Source: Myxococcales bacterium
GTDB lineage: Bacteria; Myxococcota; Myxococcia; Myxococcales; UBA5297
Assembly: GCA_037442205.1 (NCBI GenBank)
Contig: JBBIQS010000033.1
Span: 1-64,000 of the forward strand
Direction of reading: 5' to 3'
Length of the DNA: 64,000 nucleotides
Shown here: piece by piece, positions 21,914 to 31,295 of the stretch
Position numbering within the stretch: the first letter of the stretch is position 1
Layout: the number at the start of each line of letters is the position of its first letter
Position numbers and translations under genes: made by a program
The notes under the pieces: generated by a model
Databases searched by the model: none
What the model was told of the DNA's origin: nothing
The model's input: only the letters and a program-made list of their open reading frames with translations

Positions 21914-24520
21914 ATGCAGCGATTCCTCCCATTCCTGGCGGCGGTGCTCGCACTCTCCTGGGGCCACGCCTGGGGAGCAGACTCGCTGACTGCGGCGGTC
22001 GCCACCGCTCCGGCGGAGAAGGCGACGGCCCCGGCGCAGGCGGACCCGGACGAGACAGCCAAGTCCGCGGAAACGCTGGGAAGTGCCTCTTCGGAAGCCT
22101 CCCCGGCCGAGAGCGGGCCCGGTCCCTCTGTCGCCGACCCGCCCACCGAAGGACGGGCCGAAGCGCCGATTTGCCAAGGGCCGGCTCCGGCCCCGGCGGC
22201 CGCCGCCCAACCCGCGGTGTCGTCGGCGCCCGCGTCCGCCGCGCTGGCGGTGTCTCCCGAGATCGCCCGCGGCGGCGAGGCCGCCTCCGCGAGCGAAACC
22301 TGGATCCGCTCTTCCTTCTTTCCCGCCGTCGACGCCCCGCCTCCGAGCGCGGCCAGCCCCGTGCTCACCGAGGCCGACCTCGCCTCCGCCCTTCGCGCCG
22401 AGCCGCTGGCCGGCGCCAGAAAACTCTTTGATTCCGGCCGCTTCGACGAGGTGATTGCGCAGCTCGGCGGCTCTTCGGCGCCCCAGGCGCGGTTCGTGCG
22501 GGCGATGGCGCTGCACCGCGCCGGCCGCGCCGCCGAGGCCGGGAAGGCCTTCGCCGAGGTGGCGCCGAGCTATCCGCCGCTGGCCGACCGCTGCCGGTTC
22601 CTGGCCGGGACCTCCTTCGAGGCCGCCGGGATGCCCGAGTCGGCTGCCAACGCCTACCGGCTCGTTTCCCCGACCGCGACCTCGTATCTGGAGTCGCAGC
22701 GCAGCCTCGCCCGGGTGCTGCAGCGAGTGGGCGATCTGCGCGGGGCGCTGGCGGTGTGGCGGCCGCTGTCGGAGCGCGTCACCCCGCCCTGGGGCCTGGA
22801 CGTCGCCGGCGAGGCGCTCTTCGAGATCGGCCAGCTGGAGGAGCTGCTCGGCCATCCCAAGGAGGCGGCGGCGGCCTTCCTGCGCGCCTGGGCCGAGCAC
22901 CCGGGGGCGCCGGGATCGGCGGCGGCGCTGTCTCGGGCCCGATCCCTGGGAGCCCAGCCGACCCTCGACCAGACCCTGTCGCGCGCCGAGAGGCTGCTCG
23001 ACCTCAACCAGAGCCGCTCCGCCGCCGAGATGGTGCGCTCGTTCGCCGAGGCCCCGCCGACTGCCGCCAGCGCCGAGCAGGTGTGCCTGGCCAAGTTCGT
23101 CCTGGGCAAGGCCTTCCGCAAGATGCGCCAGCACACCAAGGCGGTGGCGGTGCTAAAGACGGTCCTCTCGCAGTGCGAGCCGTCCGACACCTGGGCCCGG
23201 GCGGCCTTCGTCGCCGGAACCTCGGCCTCGTATCTCGATCCCGAGGAGTCGATCCGCGCCTACCTCGAGCTAGCGCAGCGGATGCCGGAGAGCCCGCTGG
23301 CCGACGACGCGCTCCTGGCTGCCGCCGAGCAGCTGCAGCGCAAGGGGCGGCTGGTGCAGGCCCGGATCGCCCTGCAGCGGCTGACCAAGCTCTACCCCGA
23401 CGGCGATCAGCGCTCCGAGGCGCTGTTCCGCCTGTTCTGGCTCGACCGCGCCGAGGGCCGGCTCCCCCAGGCGCTCTCGGCGCTGGAGCGGCTGGGCCAC
23501 TCGCTGTCGCCGATCGACGCCGACGCGCTGGAGCGCTCCCTCTACTGGCGAGGCCGGACGCTGCTCGACCTGCAGCGCGAGGCCGAGGCCCGGCGCGCCT
23601 TCGAGGCGCTGGCGATCGACCATCCGGCCAGCTACTACGCGCTGCTGGCCCGCTCGCGGCTGGCCGAGTTGGCTCCGCCGCAGGCCGCCGCCATCTCCGC
23701 CCGGCTGGCGACTCCGGCCTACGCCTCCCCCGAGCTCAAGCTCCCGCTGGCGCGGCTGGCGGCCGATCCCCGGCTGGCCTCGGCGATCGAGCTGTTGCGC
23801 CTGGGCTTTTCGGCCGAGGCCGCCGAGGAGCTGGCCGCCATCGACCGCGCCCCGCTGCGCGACAGCGCCGACTCGCTGCGGCTGATCGTGGCCCTGCTGG
23901 GGCGCACTGGCGACCAGCGGCTGGCCCACGCCGTGGCCCGCACCGAGCTGCGGCGCGACCTGGGGGCGGCCCCCAGCGCCGAGAACGCGCTGATGTGGCG
24001 GCTGGCCTATCCGCTGGCCTTCCGCGAGATCATCGAGCGCCACGCCAAGGACGCCGGGATCGACCCCGACCTGGTCCAGGCCCTGATCCGCGAGGAGAGC
24101 GCCCTCGACCCGCGGGTCCACTCCTGGGCCGGGGCGGTGGGGCTGTGCCAGCTGATGGTCCCCACTGCCCGCGAGCAGGCGGCCATGCTCAAGGCCGGCC
24201 GGGTCACCATCGATCGGCTCCACGAGCCGGACTTCAACGTGCGGCTGGGCACGCACTACCTGGCCCGCCTGGTGCGCCAGTTCAAGGGCAACGTCGCTCT
24301 CTCCCTGGCGGCCTACAACGCCGGCGGCGGAGCGGTCGGCAGCTGGATCAAGGCCCTGGACGGCCCGCGCGAGCTCGATGAATTCGTCGAGGACATCCCG
24401 GTGCTTGAGACGCGCAACTACGTCAAGCGTGTGCTCAAGTCGTACGCCGCCTACCAGCTGGTCTACGGGCGCGGCGGGCAGGAGCCTGGCATCGAGCGGC
24501 GGCTGGTGGCCACACGCTAG
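21914..24520 (+). CDS. Soluble lytic murein transglycosylase (TPR superhelix plus SLT catalytic domain)
   Basis: Signal peptide. About 600 aa of TPR-like repeats. C-terminal SLT motifs REESALDPRVHSWAGAVGLCQLMVPTA and AAYNAGGGAV. Confidence 0.8.
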   Translation: MQRFLPFLAAVLALSWGHAWGADSLTAAVATAPAEKATAPAQADPDETAKSAETLGSASSEASPAESGPGPSVADPPTEGRAEAPICQGPAPAPAAAAQPAVSSAPASAALAVSPEIARGGEAASASETWIRSSFFPAVDAPPPSAASPVLTEADLASALRAEPLAGARKLFDSGRFDEVIAQLGGSSAPQARFVRAMALHRAGRAAEAGKAFAEVAPSYPPLADRCRFLAGTSFEAAGMPESAANAYRLVSPTATSYLESQRSLARVLQRVGDLRGALAVWRPLSERVTPPWGLDVAGEALFEIGQLEELLGHPKEAAAAFLRAWAEHPGAPGSAAALSRARSLGAQPTLDQTLSRAERLLDLNQSRSAAEMVRSFAEAPPTAASAEQVCLAKFVLGKAFRKMRQHTKAVAVLKTVLSQCEPSDTWARAAFVAGTSASYLDPEESIRAYLELAQRMPESPLADDALLAAAEQLQRKGRLVQARIALQRLTKLYPDGDQRSEALFRLFWLDRAEGRLPQALSALERLGHSLSPIDADALERSLYWRGRTLLDLQREAEARRAFEALAIDHPASYYALLARSRLAELAPPQAAAISARLATPAYASPELKLPLARLAADPRLASAIELLRLGFSAEAAEELAAIDRAPLRDSADSLRLIVALLGRTGDQRLAHAVARTELRRDLGAAPSAENALMWRLAYPLAFREIIERHAKDAGIDPDLVQALIREESALDPRVHSWAGAVGLCQLMVPTAREQAAMLKAGRVTIDRLHEPDFNVRLGTHYLARLVRQFKGNVALSLAAYNAGGGAVGSWIKALDGPRELDEFVEDIPVLETRNYVKRVLKSYAAYQLVYGRGGQEPGIERRLVATR

Positions 24521-24881
24521 AAGCGCCCGGATCGACTGCGAAAAGCCGATCCAGCCTCGACCTTCTTGCTCGCCCGCTTGCCAGACTGCCGCCTTGGCGG
24601 GCGGGGGGAATCGTAGCTTTCGAGCCCGTGCTATAGTTCACACAAGGCGCCACCATGGAGGCTGAGACAGCCAGAGTGCGCGGGTTTGGAGCGCACGAGC
24701 CTATTGCGGCGAGCCGTCAGCGTTCGCCCAGGTCGCCGACTTCGGTGTGTCCCCCGAAGTCGTACGGTGCCGAGTCCACTGAGCGGTCGCCCGCCTCGAA
24801 GGCCGTCTGCCGAGGCGGGAGAGGGCCGCAGCGCCCGGAGCTGTGCGCAGCTCCCCGGGCCGCAGGACTGGGAAGGCCGCC

Positions 24882-25481
24882 ATGCTGAACAGCAACGTGT
24901 TGGTGCTCAACCGGCTCTATCAACCGATCCACATCACCAGCGTGCGCCGGGCCTTCGCGCTGCTCTACCAGGGCATGGCCCGGGCGATCGACGCCGAGTA
25001 CCGGCTGTTCGACTTCGAGAGCTGGGCCGAGCTGTCGGCCGAGCTGCACCGCGACTCGCTGGGGACGGTGGGCCGGCGGATCCGCATCCCGCGGGTGATC
25101 GTGCTCACCGCCTACGAGCACCTGCCCAAGGTGCGGGTGCGCTTCTCGCGCTTCAACATCTACGCCCGCGACGAGAACACCTGCCAGTACTGCTCCCGCA
25201 CCCTGCCGCGCAGCGAGCTCAACCTGGACCACGTGGTGCCGCGCTCGCGCGGGGGGACCACCACCTGGGAGAACGTGGTCTGCTCCTGCGTGCCCTGCAA
25301 CTTGAGGAAGGGCGGGCGCACGCCCCAGGAGGCGGGGATGAAGCTGATGAAGATGCCCACCCGCCCGCGCTGGACCCCGCTTCTCAGGGCCCCCCTGCGC
25401 AAGGCCACCTACCGCGAGTGGCTGCCGTTCTTGAGCCTGGCCGACGCCAGCTACTGGAACGTCGAGCTGCTCGACGACTGA
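24882..25481 (+). CDS. HNH endonuclease family protein
   Basis: CQYCSRTL...LNLDHVVPRSRGGTTTWENVVCSCVPCNLRKGG is the HNH motif with zinc-finger cysteines. Start at M14 of the ORF, with GGAAGG upstream. Confidence 0.75.
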   Translation: MLNSNVLVLNRLYQPIHITSVRRAFALLYQGMARAIDAEYRLFDFESWAELSAELHRDSLGTVGRRIRIPRVIVLTAYEHLPKVRVRFSRFNIYARDENTCQYCSRTLPRSELNLDHVVPRSRGGTTTWENVVCSCVPCNLRKGGRTPQEAGMKLMKMPTRPRWTPLLRAPLRKATYREWLPFLSLADASYWNVELLDD

Positions 25482-25487
25482 GGGCCG

Positions 25488-25796
25488 ATGCCCGAGCCGG
25501 CTCGACAGCGGCACTGCGAGCGCTGCGGCCGCGCCCTGGAAGACGGGGCGCTGCGCTACCGGGTGGAGATCCGCCTGACCGCCGACTTCGATGGCCTGCT
25601 CGGCACGCCCGGGGAAGGGGAAGGCAAGAGCCTGGAGGAGCAGCTGGCGGCCTGCGAGGGGATGTCCGAAGAGGAGCTGATGGCCGGGGTCCACCGGGCG
25701 CTGCTCTTTTTGGTCTGTCCGGCCTGCCGGAAGGCGATCGAGCGCGAGCCGCTTGGGGCGGGTTCCTTGAAGGGCGCGGGAGGGGTGGTACAGTAG
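25488..25796 (+). CDS. Small zinc-ribbon protein
   Basis: CERCGRAL ... CPACRK cysteine pairs. 102 aa. Starts 6 nt after the HNH stop. Confidence 0.5.
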   Translation: MPEPARQRHCERCGRALEDGALRYRVEIRLTADFDGLLGTPGEGEGKSLEEQLAACEGMSEEELMAGVHRALLFLVCPACRKAIEREPLGAGSLKGAGGVVQ

Positions 25797-25848
25797 CGGC
25801 CGCCCTGCCGCAGGATGCTCCGGCGATTGGGCCCGACGAGGAGCTTCG

Positions 25849-26871
25849 TTGACCGCTTCCCGCCCAGGTAACCTGCCCGCCCAAGGGCCGGTTGGCACTC
25901 ACGCTTCCGGCTCCAGCGCCGCGGCCACGGCCGAGCGCAAGAGGCCTGCCCCCAGGGGCAAGCCCCGCGCCTGGCGGATCCTGGCCGTCGGGGGCGGCAA
26001 GGGCGGCATCGGCAAGAGCATGGTCTCCGGCAACCTGGGGATCGAGCTCGCCCGCCGCGGCAACCGGGTGGTGCTGATCGACGCCGACCTCGGCGGGGCC
26101 AACCTCCACACCTGCCTCGGGGTGCCCGCCCCCAAAGTGACCCTGACCGACTTCCTGACCCACAAGGTGGCCCGGGTCGAGGACGTCATCGTCCCCACCG
26201 GGATCGAGAACCTGGGGCTGGTGAGCGGGGCCTTCGATGCCCTGGACGTCGCCAATCCCAAGTACGCGCAGAAGCTAAAGCTTTTGCGCAACTTCCAGAC
26301 CCTGGACGTCGACTACGCCATCCTCGATCTGGGGGCCGGCTCCAGCTACAACGTCCTCGACTTCTTCCTGATCGCCGACCACGGGATCCTGGTGCTGGTG
26401 CCCGAGCCCACCTCGATCGAGAACGGCTACCGGTTCATCAAGGCGGCCTTCTTCCGGCGGATGGCGAGCGTGCAGGCGGCCTACGGCATCGAGGCGCTGG
26501 TCCAGGACGCGATGAGCCGGCGGCAGGAGAACGGGATCAAGACCCCGTACGACGTGATCGTCGCGGTGAAGAAGCGCGACGAGCAGGCCGGGGCGAGCCT
26601 CGAGCGGGAGATGCGGCGCTTCCGCCCTCGGCTGGTGGTGAACCAGACGCGCTCGCCGGCCGACAAGCTGGTGGGCGAGGCGGTGGTCGGCGCCTGGCGC
26701 AAATACTTCGGCCTGGAGATGGATTATCTGGGCGCCATCGGCTACGACGACGAGGTGTGGAAGGCGGTGCGCAAGCGCCGGCCGATCGTCCTCGAGCAGC
26801 CGGAGGCGCCGTCGGCGCGGGCGATCGCCGCCATCGCCGATCACATCGCGCGCCTGGATAGGGAGCCGTGA
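25849..26871 (+). CDS. ParA/MinD-family P-loop ATPase with an N-terminal low-complexity extension
   Basis: Deviant Walker A GGGKGGIGKS, IDADLGGANL, LDLGAGSS; overall MinD/FlhG-like (COG0455-type) architecture. Confidence 0.8.
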   Translation: MTASRPGNLPAQGPVGTHASGSSAAATAERKRPAPRGKPRAWRILAVGGGKGGIGKSMVSGNLGIELARRGNRVVLIDADLGGANLHTCLGVPAPKVTLTDFLTHKVARVEDVIVPTGIENLGLVSGAFDALDVANPKYAQKLKLLRNFQTLDVDYAILDLGAGSSYNVLDFFLIADHGILVLVPEPTSIENGYRFIKAAFFRRMASVQAAYGIEALVQDAMSRRQENGIKTPYDVIVAVKKRDEQAGASLEREMRRFRPRLVVNQTRSPADKLVGEAVVGAWRKYFGLEMDYLGAIGYDDEVWKAVRKRRPIVLEQPEAPSARAIAAIADHIARLDREP

Positions 26872-26917
26872 GGGAGCGCGCCGCCGGCGGAGGCTGGCCG
26901 GGCGCGGCCGAGAGACC

Positions 26918-28471
26918 ATGAAGCCGTTGAGCGAGCAGAACTACTACGAGCTGCTCGAGGTGGCCCCCGACGCCACCCCGCAGGCGATCGAGAACGCCTT
27001 CGAGCGCGCCATGGCCTTCTACGGCCCCGGCTCGCTGGCCACCTACTCGCTGGCCGATCCCGCCGACGCCGCCAAGCTGGTGTCGCTGCTGGAAGAAGCC
27101 TACCTGACCCTCTCCGACCCCGACCTGCGCCTGCAGTATGACGAGGACCTGCGCGCCCAGGCGGCGGCCTCGCCCCAGGCCCCAGCGTCGGCCCCGGCTC
27201 CGCTTCCGCCCCCGTCGACCGTGCTGCTCGCCCCGCCGGCGGTTCCCGCCAGCCGGCTGCCGGCCAATGCCCAGCTGGCGATGGGCCCGATCCTCGAAGC
27301 TGCACACCGCTATCCCTGGCCGGGCAGCCGCCCGGAGGACGAGGGCGCCGCGCCCGCTCCTGCCAGCGCTCCGCAAGCTTCGCCTGAGCCGGCGCCGCTC
27401 GCCGCAGCAGCGGTGATTGCTGCGGCTCCGGCCAAACCCGCGGTCGAGGAGCCAGTGCCGTCCGCGGTTTCTGCTGCGGCGGCGCCGGCCACAGCGGCGC
27501 CGTCGCGGCTCGAGTCGCCGGTTCCGGGCTGGGTCTCCGCTCCCGGGCCTCAGGCGCGGTCTGCCGCGGCGGAGGCTGTCCGCGAACCGGCTGCCGCTTC
27601 CCCGGCCTCGCCTGGTGCCGAAGCAGCTCCGCCCGCCCCGATTCCGAGCGTCCCCGAGCCGGCGCGTTCCCAGGCTGTGGCCGACAGCGCCCCGACGTCG
27701 CCCGCCGCTGAGCCGGCGGCGGCCTCGAACCAGGCGACTCCCGAATCGGCGCCGGTGCCTGAAGCTCCGGTCGCCCGCGCCCCGGCGTCGGATGCTCCCG
27801 TCGAAGCCGCCCCAGCGCCGCGCTCCGAGGCCCCGGTCGCCAGCGCCCAGCCGGCCGAGACGGTCGCCGCGGCGCCGGCCGCCCCTGAAATCGCCGCCCC
27901 GGCCAAGGATGCTCCGCCCAGCGCTCCAGCTGCCGATCCGGCCGCGGCCGAAGCCCCGGCTCCGAGTGCCGGAGCGGTCCGCGGGCCTGCCCAGCCGCCC
28001 GCCAGCGCTGCGCCCTCCGCCGAGCCCGTCCTGGCAGCCGCCGGCGCCGAGCTCGCCCGCCGGCCCGCGGCCGCAGCCGCCAGGGCAGGGGACAAACCCA
28101 AGCTCGAGAGCACCCCGGCCGAGGTCCGCCCGGCCGAGCCGCGCAACGACAGCCGGCCGCCCCCTCCCACGCCCATCGGCCGGCAGGGATCCAAGAACTT
28201 CGAGATCCCTCCCAGCGCCCCCTTCAACGGCGAGCTGCTGCGCCGCATCCGCGAGTCGCGCAACATCTCGCTGCGCGAGCTCTCCGACCGCACCAAGATC
28301 GCCTGCAGCCACCTGGAGAACATCGAGGCCGACCACTACAAGGCCCTGCCGGCGTCGGTCTACCTGCGCGGCTTCCTGATGCTCATCGCCCGCGAGCTCA
28401 AGCTCGACCCGCTCAAGGTCAGCAAGAGCTTCCTGGAGCTGGCTGCCGGCGCCAAGTCGGCCAAGCCCTAG
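26918..28471 (+). CDS. J-domain protein with about 350 aa of Ala/Pro-rich disordered region and a C-terminal RodZ-type HTH
   Basis: N-terminal YYELLEV..AIENAFERAMAFY is J-domain-like. C-terminal LLRRIRESRNISLRELSDRTKIACSHLENIEADHYKALPASVYLRGFLMLIARELKLDP resembles the RodZ/XRE HTH. No TM segment. Confidence 0.65.
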   Translation: MKPLSEQNYYELLEVAPDATPQAIENAFERAMAFYGPGSLATYSLADPADAAKLVSLLEEAYLTLSDPDLRLQYDEDLRAQAAASPQAPASAPAPLPPPSTVLLAPPAVPASRLPANAQLAMGPILEAAHRYPWPGSRPEDEGAAPAPASAPQASPEPAPLAAAAVIAAAPAKPAVEEPVPSAVSAAAAPATAAPSRLESPVPGWVSAPGPQARSAAAEAVREPAAASPASPGAEAAPPAPIPSVPEPARSQAVADSAPTSPAAEPAAASNQATPESAPVPEAPVARAPASDAPVEAAPAPRSEAPVASAQPAETVAAAPAAPEIAAPAKDAPPSAPAADPAAAEAPAPSAGAVRGPAQPPASAAPSAEPVLAAAGAELARRPAAAAARAGDKPKLESTPAEVRPAEPRNDSRPPPPTPIGRQGSKNFEIPPSAPFNGELLRRIRESRNISLRELSDRTKIACSHLENIEADHYKALPASVYLRGFLMLIARELKLDPLKVSKSFLELAAGAKSAKP

Positions 28472-28527
28472 CAATCTCAGGCGATTAGGCGAGGGTTCGC
28501 CCCCTCGAAAGGCGAGAAGCCGATTAA

Positions 28528-28556
28528 TTGACAGGCCCCGGGCACGCCCATAGCAT
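28528..28556 (+). promoter_or_regulatory. Candidate sigma70-type promoter (TTGACA-N17-TAGCAT) for the small gene at 28604
   Basis: Perfect -35 hexamer, 17-nt spacer and a TAgcAT -10. GGAG lies 13 nt before the ATG. Confidence 0.35.
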
Positions 28557-28603
28557 CGGACCGGCTCGAGCGCTTTCGTTCGAGGCGCGCGGAGTGGCGA
28601 AGA

Positions 28604-28867
28604 ATGACCGACGAGGAGAAGGCCAAGGCGATTCGGCTGGCGCGTGCCATCGCGTCCGACATCTCCCTCTACAACGAGGCGAAGATCGTCCAGGGCATCG
28701 AGCGCGACAACCTCTTCGAGGTCCTCAGGGACGAGATCGAGGAGGGGCGCGAGCTCTACCGCAGCCGGGTCAGCGCCGAGATCTTCGGCAGCACCAACTT
28801 CTTCGACCGCGCCCTGGTCGACGTGGTCATCGCGCGCAAGGGCCACATCAAGTCCAAGATCTGGTAG
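28604..28867 (+). CDS. Small conserved hypothetical protein (87 aa)
   Basis: Balanced, coding-like composition (MTDEEKAKAIRLARAIASDISLYNEAKIVQGIERDNLFEV...). Stop lies 3 nt before the rluD-like gene start. Confidence 0.5.
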   Translation: MTDEEKAKAIRLARAIASDISLYNEAKIVQGIERDNLFEVLRDEIEEGRELYRSRVSAEIFGSTNFFDRALVDVVIARKGHIKSKIW

Positions 28868-28870
28868 CGC

Positions 28871-29821
28871 TTGCCCGCCCGCCAGCACACGGTTCCCCTC
28901 GAGGCGCGCGGTCGGCGCCTCGACGCATTTCTGGTCTCGGTCGAGCCAGAGCTGTCCCGCTCCCGGATCCAGGCGCTGATCGAGTCCGGGGAGATCCTCG
29001 TCGAGGGGCAGCCGGCCAAGCCTTCCCGCCTGCTCAAGGGCGGCGAACAGCTCACCGTCTCGGTCGAGCCTCCCCGGCCGGCGATCCCACAGCCGGAGCA
29101 GATTCCCCTCAAGGTCCTGTTCGAGGACGCCCACCTGATCGTCGTCGACAAGCCGGCCGGGCTGGTGGTCCACCCGGGCGCCGGCAATCTCTCCGGCACC
29201 CTGGTCAACGCCCTGCTGGCCCACGTCCAGGATCTGGCGGGCATCGGCGGCGAGCTGCGGCCGGGCATCGTCCACCGCCTCGACAAAGACACCAGTGGCT
29301 GCCTGGTCGCCGCCAAGACGGAGCTGGCGCTGGCCCGGCTGCAGCGCGAGTTCAAGGCCCACGCGGTCAAGAAGGTCTACCTGGCCCTGGTCCACGGCGC
29401 GACGCCGCCCTCCGGCCGCTTCGACACCCTCCACGGCCGCCACCCGACCGACCGGATGCGGTTCAGCGGCAAGGTGCAGGCCGGCCGCCGCGCCATCACC
29501 GAGTTCAGGACCGCCGAGTCCTTCCCGGGCGCCTCCCTGGTCGAGGTCTCGCTGCTCACCGGGCGCACCCACCAGATCCGCATGCACTTCGCCGAGGCCG
29601 GCCATCCGCTCCTCGGCGATCGGCTCTACGGCGGCGCCAAGCGGGAACAGCGGCTGCCCAGGGACTCCGCGGTCCGCCGCGCGGCAGACGCGCTGGGGCG
29701 GCAGGCGCTCCACGCCTGGAAGCTCTCCTTCGCTCATCCGGTCAGCGGGCAGCTCCTTAGCCTGGAGGCTCCGCTCACGCCTGATTTCTCTGCGGCTTTG
29801 GAGATTCTGCGGGCAGGGTAG
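28871..29821 (+). CDS. rluD: RluA-family 23S rRNA pseudouridine synthase (RluD-like), with an N-terminal S4 domain
   Basis: VVDKPAGLVVHPG, HRLDKDTSGCLVAAKT (catalytic Asp motif), and an S4-like N-terminus (RLDAFLV). TTG start as placed by the ORF track. Confidence 0.8.
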   Translation: MPARQHTVPLEARGRRLDAFLVSVEPELSRSRIQALIESGEILVEGQPAKPSRLLKGGEQLTVSVEPPRPAIPQPEQIPLKVLFEDAHLIVVDKPAGLVVHPGAGNLSGTLVNALLAHVQDLAGIGGELRPGIVHRLDKDTSGCLVAAKTELALARLQREFKAHAVKKVYLALVHGATPPSGRFDTLHGRHPTDRMRFSGKVQAGRRAITEFRTAESFPGASLVEVSLLTGRTHQIRMHFAEAGHPLLGDRLYGGAKREQRLPRDSAVRRAADALGRQALHAWKLSFAHPVSGQLLSLEAPLTPDFSAALEILRAG

Positions 29822-29932
29822 CTGGGCCGGCGACCGCTGGCGCCGCTCGGCGCCTTACCGCATCCGCGGCGACCGGCCCGTAGATCGCGCCGGCCGCTCG
29901 CTATCGGTCACGGTTCATTCCGTCCCACGCCG

Positions 29933-31246
29933 CTACCCGATCGACACCGACTGCTTGTTCTTCCCCAGCACGCGGATCGGCTGGATGGCCATCACCTTCA
30001 TGAACACCTTGAGCAGCTCCGGATCGAACTTGTGCCGCATCTCGGTCCACATCAGCGTCAGGGCGATCTCCGGTCCATAGGCGTCGCGGAACGGCCGCTT
30101 GCTGGTCAGCGCGTCGTAGACGCAGCAGATGGCGACCATCTTGGCGTAAACGCTCAGCTGGCCTTTGGGGATGATCATCGAGATGTTCCCACGGCCGTCC
30201 TTCACCGCGGTGCCGAACTCCTGCTTGTGCTCGGCGGTGGCCACCAGCCGCATCAGGTTGCTGCGGTTGAAGTTCTTCTCCGCCAGGATCTGCTTGAGCG
30301 TCTCGTGGTAGGCGCCCTGCAGCTTGTTCTTCTCATCCTGGGAGAGCGCTCCGGCCTTCTTCAGCAGCTTGTCGTCGACCGAGCTCATCCCGGTCTCGTG
30401 GAACAGGGCGATCAGCCCCACCTCGCGCATCTGCGCCTTGCTGAGCTGCAGCTCGTTGGCGAAGACGATGGCCATCAGCGCCGCGTTCACCTGGTGGAAG
30501 ACGTGGTACTCCGCCTCCTCGCGCATCGAGGTCATGCCCAGGAAGTGGCTGCGCTGCTCGTAGCTGACGTCCACCAGATCCTGGACCACCCGGCCGGCCT
30601 TGGCCGCCGGGATCGGCTTGCCGCCCTTGATCCCCTCGATGTACTGCCGCAGGAAGTAGACCGCCCGGGCGTAGCAGGTGAGCGCGTACTTCTTGCGGTC
30701 CACCTTCTGCTCGTCGGGGTTGGCCAGGTCGTCCTTGTCCAGCTTCTCCTTGAGCCGGCTGTACTTGGTCAGCTTCATCTGGACCAGCTTCTTGCCCGCC
30801 AGCCCGTCCTCCTCCGCCGCCTTGGACTGGTCCTTGGCGAAGATGGAGAGGAAGTTCTTCAGCTCCTGCGGGTTGACCGGCCGCACCAGTGAGAAGCCGC
30901 CCACGTCCTTGGAGCGCATCTCCTCCTCGAGCTGGCGCACGTTGTCCAGGGAGTTGGCGTCCACCTTGACCAGCATTCCGTTGAGGTAGAAGGCGCCCTT
31001 GACCGCCTGCAGCTCGAGCTTTCCGTCGACGGCGATGATCTGGTTGATGTTGTCCTGCAGCTGGGTCAGCGGCTTGGCGAAGATGGCGTTGTCCGGGTCG
31101 TAGAGCCGGACCGAGCGCACCAGCATGTACAGCGAGCTGACCATCTGCCGGGCCATGGTCTGCAGCTTCTCGGAGTAGTCGCGGCCGGTCTCGGAGAGGT
31201 TCTCGGCGCGCTCGCCCTCGTTGCGGGTGATCTTGATGTCGGCCAT
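29933..31246 (-). CDS. HD-GYP-like domain protein with degenerate catalytic motifs
   Basis: Sequence-level similarity to HD-GYP. LFHETGM sits where HD would be (HE instead of HD), YHE where HHE would be, and CVYDALTSKRPFRDAYG where GYP would be (RPF instead). Start at M8 (MADIKIT). Confidence 0.6.
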   Translation of the reverse strand: MADIKITRNEGERAENLSETGRDYSEKLQTMARQMVSSLYMLVRSVRLYDPDNAIFAKPLTQLQDNINQIIAVDGKLELQAVKGAFYLNGMLVKVDANSLDNVRQLEEEMRSKDVGGFSLVRPVNPQELKNFLSIFAKDQSKAAEEDGLAGKKLVQMKLTKYSRLKEKLDKDDLANPDEQKVDRKKYALTCYARAVYFLRQYIEGIKGGKPIPAAKAGRVVQDLVDVSYEQRSHFLGMTSMREEAEYHVFHQVNAALMAIVFANELQLSKAQMREVGLIALFHETGMSSVDDKLLKKAGALSQDEKNKLQGAYHETLKQILAEKNFNRSNLMRLVATAEHKQEFGTAVKDGRGNISMIIPKGQLSVYAKMVAICCVYDALTSKRPFRDAYGPEIALTLMWTEMRHKFDPELLKVFMKVMAIQPIRVLGKNKQSVSIG

Positions 31247-31295
31247 CGACCTTGACCTCGTCGGCACAGGCGCCGAAAGGGCGCCGCAGCGCCGG

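Noticed and set aside
21740-24381. ORFs 21740..23134 (-), 22756..24381 (+) and others overlapping slt
   Set aside because: Shadow ORFs. The slt frame has a signal peptide, TPRs and the SLT motif.
26537-29737. 1066-aa minus-strand ORF spanning the ParA-like gene through rluD
   Set aside because: Implausible: it crosses four well-supported plus-strand genes. Arg/Gly/Pro-rich translation.
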